Below are positions 45,231 through 53,493 of a DNA stretch of 64,000 nucleotides, one piece after another (the first letter of the stretch is position 1; every line of letters begins with the position of its first letter). This DNA comes from Candidatus Woesearchaeota archaeon (GTDB lineage Archaea > Nanobdellota > Nanobdellia > SCGC-AAA011-G17 > UBA489), in NCBI GenBank assembly GCA_016845225.1, contig JAERTB010000010.1:12294-76293 (forward strand), read 5' to 3'. The translations under genes and the position numbers were made by a program. Below the pieces are notes generated by a model, which saw only the letters and a program-made list of their open reading frames with translations, searched no databases and was not told the DNA's origin.

Positions 45231-46589
45231 ATGGTACTGGACAATCTTGGTGGAGCATTGAAAGAAGTGTTTAGGAAGATCACAGGATCTACCCACATTA
45301 GCGAACGCCTTATTACAGAGATTGTTAAGGAAATCCAAAGAGCATTATTGAGTGCTGATGTAAATGTTAAACTTGTTTTAGAATTGACTAAAAAGATTAA
45401 AACGAGGTCATTAGATGAAAAGCCTCCTTCTGGCGTAAATGCTAAAGAACACGTTGTAAAAATAGTTTATGAAGAATTAGTTGAGTTTTTTGGTAAGGAA
45501 AAACAAGGAATTGAAGTTGTAAAAAAGAAAGGCGAACCTTTCAAAATTATGAATGTTGGACTTTTTGGTGCAGGAAAAACAACAACTATTGGAAAATTAG
45601 CAAAATATTATTCTAATCGTGGAAACAAAGTTGCAGTTGTTGGATTGGATGTGCATCGCCCTGCTGCACACACACAATTAAAACAAATTGCAGATTCATT
45701 AAAGATTGATTCATTTACAAATGGAAAAATAAAAGATCCGGTTAAACTATGGAAAACTTTTGAAAAAGATTTGAAAGATTATGATTTGGTGATTGTTGAT
45801 ACTGCCGGAAGAGATGCATTAAGTGATGATTTAGTAAAAGAAATTGAAGATGTTTCTAAAGTCGTAAATCCTAACGAAATATTATTGGTTGTTAGTGCAG
45901 ATATGGGTCAAGCAGTTAAGGATCAAGCAGAAATGTTTCATAAAGCATGTGGCGTTACTGGAGTAGTTGTAAGTAAATTAGATGGAACTGCTAAAGGTGG
46001 AGGAAGTCTTAGTGCCTGTGCCGTTACTGGTGCACCAATTAAGTTCATAGGTATTGGGGAAAGACCAGAAGATATTGAAGTTTTTAATCCAGAAGGATTT
46101 GTTGGAAGATTATTGGGCCTTGGAGATTTAGAAGCTTTACTTGAAAAAGCAAAGGGTTCTTTGGACATGGAGAAAGCAGAAGATCTAAGTAAAAGAATGC
46201 TCAAGGGAGATTTTAATTTAGTTGATATGTATGAACAATTAAGTGCTATGAAAAAAATGGGGCCATTGAATAAAGTTATGGAAATGATTCCTGGTATGGG
46301 TGGAATGAAGATGCCTAAGGGTGCATTGGAAGGTCAACAAGAAAAAATGAAAACTTGGAAATTTGTTTTAGATAGTTGTACTAAGGAAGAGTTAGAAAAT
46401 CCTGATCTTTTGGGCAGAGAACGTGTTGAAAGAATTGCATCCGGAAGTGGAAGAGAAGTTTCAGACGTTCGAGAATTATTAAAACAATATAAACAAACTA
46501 AAAAAATGATGAAGATGATGAAGGGACAAAATCCTGAAAAAATGATGAAGAAATTTGGAAGTATGGGTGGCGGAAACCTTAAATTTTAA
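45231..46589 (+). CDS. srp54: signal recognition particle protein SRP54
   Basis: ALLSADVNV, GLFGAGKTT, DTAGR, KLDGTAKGGG, Met-rich M domain with RIASGSG. Confidence 0.98.
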   Translation: MVLDNLGGALKEVFRKITGSTHISERLITEIVKEIQRALLSADVNVKLVLELTKKIKTRSLDEKPPSGVNAKEHVVKIVYEELVEFFGKEKQGIEVVKKKGEPFKIMNVGLFGAGKTTTIGKLAKYYSNRGNKVAVVGLDVHRPAAHTQLKQIADSLKIDSFTNGKIKDPVKLWKTFEKDLKDYDLVIVDTAGRDALSDDLVKEIEDVSKVVNPNEILLVVSADMGQAVKDQAEMFHKACGVTGVVVSKLDGTAKGGGSLSACAVTGAPIKFIGIGERPEDIEVFNPEGFVGRLLGLGDLEALLEKAKGSLDMEKAEDLSKRMLKGDFNLVDMYEQLSAMKKMGPLNKVMEMIPGMGGMKMPKGALEGQQEKMKTWKFVLDSCTKEELENPDLLGRERVERIASGSGREVSDVRELLKQYKQTKKMMKMMKGQNPEKMMKKFGSMGGGNLKF

Positions 46590-46656
46590 GTTGTATTTTT
46601 TGTAATAATAATATTTATTAAGTGGTTTTTATTCTAAGATTTTAGAGGTGTTAGTG

Positions 46657-46758
46657 ATGAATCTTAAGTGTGAAAAATGTGGTAAAGAGTCTACCTCTCT
46701 TGATGAGACTTCTGTTTTATTGGGAGACTATTTTTGTGAAGAATGCAGAAGTGAATAA
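46657..46758 (+). CDS. 33-aa zinc-finger micro-protein
   Basis: Manual translation MNLKCEKCGKESTSLDETSVLLGDYFCEECRSE; GAGGTG RBS upstream. Confidence 0.65.
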   Translation: MNLKCEKCGKESTSLDETSVLLGDYFCEECRSE

Positions 46759-46799
46759 TTTTTAATAAAATTTTTAAATTGAATGAGTTTTAGTAATTT

Positions 46800-47417
46800 A
46801 TGAAACTAATTGGAAATGGCGCAGAAGCTAATGTTTATTTAGATGGAACTAACAATAGTGTAGTTAAACGAAGAGTGCAGAAAACTTACCGTATTTCTGA
46901 AATCGATTCTAAGATGAGAGTTCATAGAACTAGAAGAGAAGCTAAAATTTTAAAGAAATTAGAAGGACTTTGTCCATTACTTCTAGATGTTGATGAGAGA
47001 AATGGGGAAATTATAATGGAGCATTTAGAAGGGCCAATGGTTAAAGAAGTTGTAGACGATTTTTCAAAGGACAAACGTGCAGAACTAATGAATTCTATTG
47101 GGTCCATAGTAGGTAAAATGCATACTTTAGATGTAGCTCATGCAGATTTAACTACTTCTAATATGATTTATTTAAATGGAGAAGTAAAACTTATTGATTT
47201 TGGGTTATCTTTTGTTACGGACAAGATTGAACATATGGCTGTAGATATTCATTTATTTAGACAAGCTCTTGAAAGTAAACACCATATGCATTATGAAATG
47301 TTATATGATAATTTTCTAAAGGGATATTCTTCTGGAAACTCAAATTCTTCTGAAGTATTTGAGAGATTAAAAAAAGTAGAAAAAAGAGGAAGATATAAAC
47401 GAAAAGGCGAAATATAG
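46800..47417 (+). CDS. bud32: KEOPS complex kinase Bud32
   Basis: GAEA, RTRREAK, HADLTTSN, IDFGL, RGRY C-terminus. Confidence 0.95.
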   Translation: MKLIGNGAEANVYLDGTNNSVVKRRVQKTYRISEIDSKMRVHRTRREAKILKKLEGLCPLLLDVDERNGEIIMEHLEGPMVKEVVDDFSKDKRAELMNSIGSIVGKMHTLDVAHADLTTSNMIYLNGEVKLIDFGLSFVTDKIEHMAVDIHLFRQALESKHHMHYEMLYDNFLKGYSSGNSNSSEVFERLKKVEKRGRYKRKGEI

Positions 47418-47455
47418 CAAATTATATAAACGCTTTTTTTGATTGAAATTTAAAT

Positions 47456-47528
47456 AGCCCTGTAGTGTAGTGGTCTAGCATAGGGGATTTTGGGTCCCTT
47501 GACCCAGGTTCAAATCCTGGCAGGGCTA
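47456..47528 (+). tRNA. tRNA-Gln(TTG)
   Basis: AGCCCTG/CAGGGCT acceptor (A1-U72, typical of archaeal tRNA-Gln), GGGGA-TTTTGGG-TCCCT anticodon arm, GGTTCAAATCC. Confidence 0.93.
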
Positions 47529-47580
47529 GTTATTATCATGAAAAGTCTTATAAACCCATTTTGACTTTCTCGATTAAACA

Positions 47581-47639
47581 TTAAAGGGTGTGTGAGTGAG
47601 AACTTGCATATGCCAGAAATGATTTTCTGGATCCTTTAA
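47581..47639 (+). promoter_or_regulatory. structured 5' leader of rps15 (three-way junction, candidate r-protein autoregulatory RNA)
   Basis: 9-bp closing stem enclosing an 8-bp GAGA-tetraloop hairpin and a 7-bp hairpin; ends 10 nt before the ATG. Confidence 0.65.
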
Positions 47640-47649
47640 CTAAATAAAA

Positions 47650-48105
47650 ATGGCAAGAGCATATTCAAGAAAGAAAGGAAAAAGCAACAGTACTAGACCC
47701 GTTAATATAGATAATTCTGAATGGGCTAATAAAGATGCTAAGCTGATTAAACAAACTATCTTAGATCTTGTTAAAGATGGAAAGAGTGCAAGTGAAATTG
47801 GAATGATCTTAAGAGATTCTTATGCTGTTCCAGATGTTAAAGCATTATTGGGAATGAAACTTGGAAAAGTTTTAATCGAGGGAGAAGTTACTCGTGAGGT
47901 TCCTGAAGATTTATTAGCTTTGATTAGAAGAGATATTGCACTTGCAAAACATAGAGAAACAAATCATAAAGATATGACTTCTAAAAGAGGTCAACAACTT
48001 ACTCTTAGTAAAATTAACAAACTTGTAGATTATTATAAATCTAAAGGCGTATTAGCTAAAGATTGGACTTACAATAGAGAAAAAGCAGTTCAGTGGATTG
48101 TTTAA
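47650..48105 (+). CDS. rps15: 30S ribosomal protein S15 (uS15/S13e)
   Basis: MARAYSRKKGKS, EIGMILRDSY, PEDL, LVDYYK. Confidence 0.97.
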   Translation: MARAYSRKKGKSNSTRPVNIDNSEWANKDAKLIKQTILDLVKDGKSASEIGMILRDSYAVPDVKALLGMKLGKVLIEGEVTREVPEDLLALIRRDIALAKHRETNHKDMTSKRGQQLTLSKINKLVDYYKSKGVLAKDWTYNREKAVQWIV

Positions 48106-48163
48106 TTCTTAATATACTTCGAAGTCTATATATGTTATTAAAAGCAAATTCTATTAGTTATTT

Positions 48164-49582
48164 ATGAAAGAGGAATTTTTGACTCATGTCAAAGATATGG
48201 CTGGTGAATTTTTAGAGTTAGTAGAGAATAGCTCTGCTCCTGTTAAGATTATAGGAAATTTAGATACTGATGGCATTACTTCTACTTCAATTTTGTGTAA
48301 GGCATTTGCTAGAAAAGGAATACCTTATTCTACCGCAATTGTTAAACAAGTAAATTCTGAATTAATTGAATCATTACAAAATGAAACTTTTGAAATTTTA
48401 ATTTTTGCTGATTTAGCAACTGCATTTATTGGAGAATTGAGCGAAACAATTGACAAACCAATTTTTGTATTAGATCACCATTTTCCTGAAATAAATGAAA
48501 AGAGAATTGGAAAGTTAAGACAGATTAATCCTCATTTTTTTTCAATAGATGGTCAAAAAGAAATTTCTGCTGCAGGAATATCCTATTTATTTGCAAAATC
48601 CCTTAGTGAATCTAATAGTGATCTTTCTTACCTTGCATTAGTTGGAGCAATTGGAGATATGCAAGAGAATTTAGGTTTTACTGGTATGAATAAATTAATT
48701 TTAGAAGACGCAATGGAAAGAGATATGGTCGAAAGAAAAGAAACTTTGAGAATATTTGGAATGCAGACTAAGCCAATTCATAAAGTTTTGGAGTATAGTA
48801 CTAATCCATATATCCCGGGAGTAACTGGAAATGAACGTTCTGCAATTAAATTTATTGAAGAAGCAGGTATAGACGTCTACGACAAAGCAAGAAATTTTAG
48901 AAAATTAGTTTCATTAAGTAAAGAAGAATTAGAAAAGTTAGTTAATGCTATTGAGATTAAAAAAACTCCTGGAACTGGTTCAGATGTTTTAGTTGGTCCA
49001 GTATTTTTATTAAAAAATGAAGAAGATGATAGTTTTAGAAAGGACTTGCGAGAGTTTTCAACACTGTTAAATTCATGTGGAAGAATGGGTTCTCCAAGTT
49101 TAGGTGTGGGCGTTTGTTTAGATGATTCTTATTCATGTAAAAAAGCATACGATTTGCTTAGAAGATATAGAAAAGAAATAATCGATGCATTAAATTGGTT
49201 TTATAACAACAGAAGAAGCGAAAAAGTTATTGAAAAAAATGGTTATGTAGCTATTTTGGCAGAATCAAATATCCGAGATACAATAATTGGAACCTTGGCA
49301 TCATTATTGGCTAAAAGTAATGTTTATTCTGAGGGCACCATCATATTATCTTCTGCTTATTCTTTGGATGGAATGATTAAGCTCAGTTTAAGGGCATCTG
49401 GAAATAAGACTGAGGTTGATTTAAGAGCTATTGTGAAGGAGATTATTGGAGATGGTCCTGGCTATGGTGGTGGCCATAAATTAGCTGCAGGAGCATCAAT
49501 TCCTCAAGATAGGGAAGATTCTTTTATTCGGAATGCATTGGCTTCATTAGATAAATATACTTCTGGAAGCCCTAAGGCTTAA
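48164..49582 (+). CDS. DHH/DHHA1 RecJ-like nuclease (RecJ/Cdc45 family)
   Basis: DTDG, LDHH, GAIGD, GGGHKLAAG; canonical rps15-RecJ-rps3ae context. Confidence 0.9.
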   Translation: MKEEFLTHVKDMAGEFLELVENSSAPVKIIGNLDTDGITSTSILCKAFARKGIPYSTAIVKQVNSELIESLQNETFEILIFADLATAFIGELSETIDKPIFVLDHHFPEINEKRIGKLRQINPHFFSIDGQKEISAAGISYLFAKSLSESNSDLSYLALVGAIGDMQENLGFTGMNKLILEDAMERDMVERKETLRIFGMQTKPIHKVLEYSTNPYIPGVTGNERSAIKFIEEAGIDVYDKARNFRKLVSLSKEELEKLVNAIEIKKTPGTGSDVLVGPVFLLKNEEDDSFRKDLREFSTLLNSCGRMGSPSLGVGVCLDDSYSCKKAYDLLRRYRKEIIDALNWFYNNRRSEKVIEKNGYVAILAESNIRDTIIGTLASLLAKSNVYSEGTIILSSAYSLDGMIKLSLRASGNKTEVDLRAIVKEIIGDGPGYGGGHKLAAGASIPQDREDSFIRNALASLDKYTSGSPKA

Positions 49583-49642
49583 AATTAAGAGATTTGATTA
49601 ATAGAAAGATTTATAATTGAATTTCGGAGATTTTGGGTTAAG

Positions 49643-50221
49643 ATGGCAAAAGTTTCAGGTAAAAAAGTAACTCTTAGAAAGAAGAAAAAGAAATGGTTCA
49701 AGATAATTGCACCTAGTGAGTTTAAGAGTAAAAATGTTGGAGAAACTGTAGCTGTAGAACCAAATGATATGGTAAACAGAGTTCTAAAAGTAAATTTAAT
49801 GAGTTTGTTAGACGATTATAAGAGGCAAAATGTTAATATTAAATTTAAAGTAGAAGCTGTAAATGATGATAATGCAGTGTGTAAAACTGTAGGGTATGAA
49901 TTAATTAAATCACAATCAAGAAGATTCACTAGAAAGGGTGCAGATAAAATGGATGATTCCTTTATCGCAGTTTCAAAAGATGGTGTTAAATTAAAAATTA
50001 AACCTGTTGTAGTAACAAGGCATAGAGTTTCTGTTGGAGTTGTTAAGGCACTAAGGGCTAAGGCAAAAGAATATGTTTTGGACAAGGTTAAAGAATTAGA
50101 TTCTAAAGATGTTTTCCAATCTGTTATTCAAATGAAGATTCAAAGAGAAATGAAAGTAGCTTTGAACAAGGTTTGCCCAGTAGGCCCTTGTGAAATTAGA
50201 TCTTTAAGCTTAGTTAACTAA
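49643..50221 (+). CDS. rps3ae: 30S ribosomal protein S3Ae (eS1)
   Basis: KKWFKIIAPSEF, VGET, EIR near C-terminus; operon context. Confidence 0.92.
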   Translation: MAKVSGKKVTLRKKKKKWFKIIAPSEFKSKNVGETVAVEPNDMVNRVLKVNLMSLLDDYKRQNVNIKFKVEAVNDDNAVCKTVGYELIKSQSRRFTRKGADKMDDSFIAVSKDGVKLKIKPVVVTRHRVSVGVVKALRAKAKEYVLDKVKELDSKDVFQSVIQMKIQREMKVALNKVCPVGPCEIRSLSLVN

Positions 50222-50263
50222 ATTAGGATAACTTTTAAATAGTTTTTGTTGTATTATATTTCT

Positions 50264-50485
50264 ATGAAAGAAAAAAGTGTGATCATTGTTGCTTTATCTA
50301 TGATAATGCTTTCCTTTATTGCAAGTAGTTTTGATAGTAGTGAAACTGTTACTGGAAAAGTAGTTGTTGAAGAAAGTGAATGTACTTCAGATTTATATTT
50401 ATTAAATGGAAAATATGTTGTTCCTTGTGAATTTGGAAAATTAACTTGGGAAGATCAACAATTATTGCATTATACTTTCGAATAA
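50264..50485 (+). CDS. small membrane-anchored protein
   Basis: TM followed by VTGKVV motif and a Cys pair. Confidence 0.6.
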   Translation: MKEKSVIIVALSMIMLSFIASSFDSSETVTGKVVVEESECTSDLYLLNGKYVVPCEFGKLTWEDQQLLHYTFE

Positions 50486-51378
50486 ATTAATAAGTTTAAT
50501 TTTAGTTTTTTATGAGTAATTTCTTTATTTTCTATTAGTTTGATTGTTTCTGGTTTGAATGTTTCAAAGTCTTTTGGATGGTTTGTTAAAATTGCTAGTT
50601 TGTTATTTAATTTTGTTTCTGCTAATTTAAAGATATCATGAATTAGTTTGTAGGGTCCTTTTTTCTTTTTTGAAAAAACAACATGGGTAATTATATAATC
50701 TGATTTTTCTAGTTTCAATATTTCTTTTGAATTAAATTTGATTTCTTTCTTTGCTAATTTTGCATTTATTCTAGCATTTCTGAGGTTATTTGAATGGAGA
50801 TCATTTGCTGAAACATTTATGTTTTGTAAAGCTGCTTCAATTGGTATGATTCCATCTTTAGATTCTATACATATTAATGTTTCATCTTTTTTTATGTTTA
50901 GATATTTTATTACTGCTGCTGCGAGAGTTGCAGGTGTTGTTTGATTATGTAAATTGAATCTATATTCTCTTTTTGGAATAACATCTTTTGAAATTCCTAT
51001 AGTGCATTTGTTTTCTACTATGTCTATGATTATAGTATTATTATAATCTTTTGGAGAATAGTTTAGTGGATTGTTTTCTCCAATCGCTTTTCCACATGCT
51101 TGCTCTACCTCCATACTAGTTAGAATATCGTGAGATTCAAAAGAACATTTACATTTGTAAGTTCCTTCAATGTTTAATTTTAATTTTTTTATTTCATTAG
51201 TTATGTCTGTTAATGTTTTGAATTTAAACGATGTTAAAAGTTCATAAACTGAATCTAGAGTTCTGTAGCATTCTTTTAAGGTGTTGAATTCTACTCTTCC
51301 AGGAGAGTTTAATTTGCCGTTTGTTTCAGAAATAGCTGCTTCTTCTAATCCCTTAATTGTTTTTCCTATAAATGTCAT
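50470..51378 (-). CDS. THUMP-domain RNA methyltransferase-like protein (Trm14-like), SAM motif degenerate
   Basis: GLEEAA, SMEVE, KREYR, LAAA, GIIPIEAA, ARINAKLA. Confidence 0.7.
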   Translation of the reverse strand: MTFIGKTIKGLEEAAISETNGKLNSPGRVEFNTLKECYRTLDSVYELLTSFKFKTLTDITNEIKKLKLNIEGTYKCKCSFESHDILTSMEVEQACGKAIGENNPLNYSPKDYNNTIIIDIVENKCTIGISKDVIPKREYRFNLHNQTTPATLAAAVIKYLNIKKDETLICIESKDGIIPIEAALQNINVSANDLHSNNLRNARINAKLAKKEIKFNSKEILKLEKSDYIITHVVFSKKKKGPYKLIHDIFKLAETKLNNKLAILTNHPKDFETFKPETIKLIENKEITHKKLKLNLLIYSKV

Positions 51379-52359
51379 TTAAATTTTCTCTGCTAAATAA
51401 ATATTATTTTTATTTTCTATAATCTTTAAATTGATTTTATCTCCTTGGTTTGCACTACATTTTTTTACAGTGATATTTCTATTTTTGTAAGCTACAATCT
51501 TTTGATTTTCAAACCAGCCGTCTTCTAGAATTGAAGTATTTATTTTTTCCCCTATGTCTATGGTTGTTCCCAACTTACTTGATTTTTCTATTTCTAATTC
51601 TCCTTTTTGATAGGTTAATTTAACATCATGTTTCTTTTCCCAGTCTTCTAATTGTTTGTAGAACTTGTAGTAGTTTTGTTTTTTGATTCCTTTTGGTTTT
51701 CTACTGTATTTGTAAGTTTCATATTTCTGAATTCCTAGTTTACAGTTTAATTTTTTTGAAAGAAGGATAATATTTTCTATTTCTTTGTCGTTGATGTTTG
51801 GAAGATAAACTGGTGCAAGCAAAAGTTCTATTTTTGATTTTGAAATGTGTTCTGCAACTTCCAATACTTTCTTTAAATCGTAAGTGTCTGTACCCATTAG
51901 AATTTTTGCTTGTTCTGGGTCTGTTGTGTGAATGCTTAGATGTATTCTATTTAATCCGGCTTTTTCTAACCTGTCAATTCTTTCTTTTGTGAAATATGTT
52001 CCATTACTCTGCATTGAAATAAAATGTACTTTTTTATTTTTCTTTATTTCAGTGATTAAATATTCTAATTCCGGATAAGAAGCAGGTTCTCCAACTGAAT
52101 CAATATTTACATGAATTTTTTCTTGCTTTAAATCAATAATTTTGTTTACTTCTTCAATTAAATAATTAGGTTCTATTTTGTAACCTGTTTTATGTGTGCT
52201 TGATTTTGGTCCTGCATCTGTTGAACAGAAAATACATGACAAGTTACAAGTTGAAATTGGCCGTACTTGTAAAAGAGAACTGCCTCTATCTATGATTCCG
52301 AAGGCTATGTTGCCCATTAAAGGTATTCCTGATTCTTTTGTTATTTCTACTGTTTTCAT
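51379..52359 (-). CDS. radical SAM protein with C-terminal TRAM-like domain
   Basis: FGIIDRG, CNLSCIFC, DSVGEP, SMQSNG. Confidence 0.9.
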   Translation of the reverse strand: MKTVEITKESGIPLMGNIAFGIIDRGSSLLQVRPISTCNLSCIFCSTDAGPKSSTHKTGYKIEPNYLIEEVNKIIDLKQEKIHVNIDSVGEPASYPELEYLITEIKKNKKVHFISMQSNGTYFTKERIDRLEKAGLNRIHLSIHTTDPEQAKILMGTDTYDLKKVLEVAEHISKSKIELLLAPVYLPNINDKEIENIILLSKKLNCKLGIQKYETYKYSRKPKGIKKQNYYKFYKQLEDWEKKHDVKLTYQKGELEIEKSSKLGTTIDIGEKINTSILEDGWFENQKIVAYKNRNITVKKCSANQGDKINLKIIENKNNIYLAEKI

Positions 52360-52411
52360 AAAATTATTGCCGTTTAGGCCCTTTAAAAGTATTTTGAGAA
52401 GAATTTTTGAG

Positions 52412-53410
52412 TTATTTTTGTTTAGGATAAACTTCTCTTCCCATGAAGATTTTTTCAGTTTTTACTGCAATACCTTCATCAGTTCCCAGAATCTCTTTTG
52501 CTGTTTTTTTAGCAGTTCCCAATCCTACTAATTCTCCTTTTAATGTAAGTATGGCTACTTGAATATTTGGAGAAACGTCTTCAGTTACTTTAGAAATTCC
52601 TTGGGTTGCTAAAGGAGCACCATGACAAATATTGGAAACTGCAGAATCCATGATCCAAACTTTTGGAAAATATTTTATTGCATTTTCAAAAGGTTCAATT
52701 ATTTTCTTTAATGGTTCCTCGTTATTTTCTTTTTTGTAAACTTCATAGGCATCTGTTAAATCTTGTAGGGTGTGCCACGTATTTTCTTTAAATGGTCCTG
52801 CCTTAGTTCTGATTAATTGCACCATATGTGCTCCAGAGCCTAAATCTAGCCCCATATCATGAATTAACTTTCTGATGTATGTACCTGCCTCACAACCCAC
52901 TCTGAATAATACATAGTTGTCTTTTATTTCTAAAATTTCACTGTAATAAATTTCTCTTGATCTTAACCTTCTTTTTACTGCCGAACGAACAGGGGGTAAT
53001 TGTTTTATTTTGCCCATAAATTTTTCAAAAGTTTTTTTTATTTTTTCTTCTGATGGTGCATCGTGAATTCTCATCAATGCGATATACTCTTTTCCTGCTG
53101 GAAGAAGTGTTTGAACAATTCTTGTTGCATCTTCTAACGCTACTGGTAATGATCCAGTTACTTTTGGATCTAATGTTCCTGAATGTCCGGTTTTTTTTAA
53201 GTTTAATATTTTTTTTACATAGTCTGCAATTAAATGTGAGGATGGTCCGGACGGTTTATTGATATTAACAATGCCATAATTGATTAAATCTTGAATTTTT
53301 CTAGCTTCTGGGGGGCAGCCGAAGGCAATATCTGTTTCAGCATCCCTTCTAATTAGAACTTTTTGATTATTTCTTTCTGAAGGGAGTAATAACTCATTTT
53401 TTTGTTTCAT
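52412..53410 (-). CDS. cbf5: H/ACA pseudouridine synthase Cbf5
   Basis: KPSGPSSH, GHSGTLDPKVTG, QLPPVRSAVKR, AGTYIRKL, PUA domain. Confidence 0.97.
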   Translation of the reverse strand: MKQKNELLLPSERNNQKVLIRRDAETDIAFGCPPEARKIQDLINYGIVNINKPSGPSSHLIADYVKKILNLKKTGHSGTLDPKVTGSLPVALEDATRIVQTLLPAGKEYIALMRIHDAPSEEKIKKTFEKFMGKIKQLPPVRSAVKRRLRSREIYYSEILEIKDNYVLFRVGCEAGTYIRKLIHDMGLDLGSGAHMVQLIRTKAGPFKENTWHTLQDLTDAYEVYKKENNEEPLKKIIEPFENAIKYFPKVWIMDSAVSNICHGAPLATQGISKVTEDVSPNIQVAILTLKGELVGLGTAKKTAKEILGTDEGIAVKTEKIFMGREVYPKQK

Positions 53411-53493
53411 TTTTTGCTTTTTTTATAAATAGATAAGGTTTAAATAGGTATTCTATTCATTTGTATTAGTGTTAAAGAGGGAAATTGATTAAT

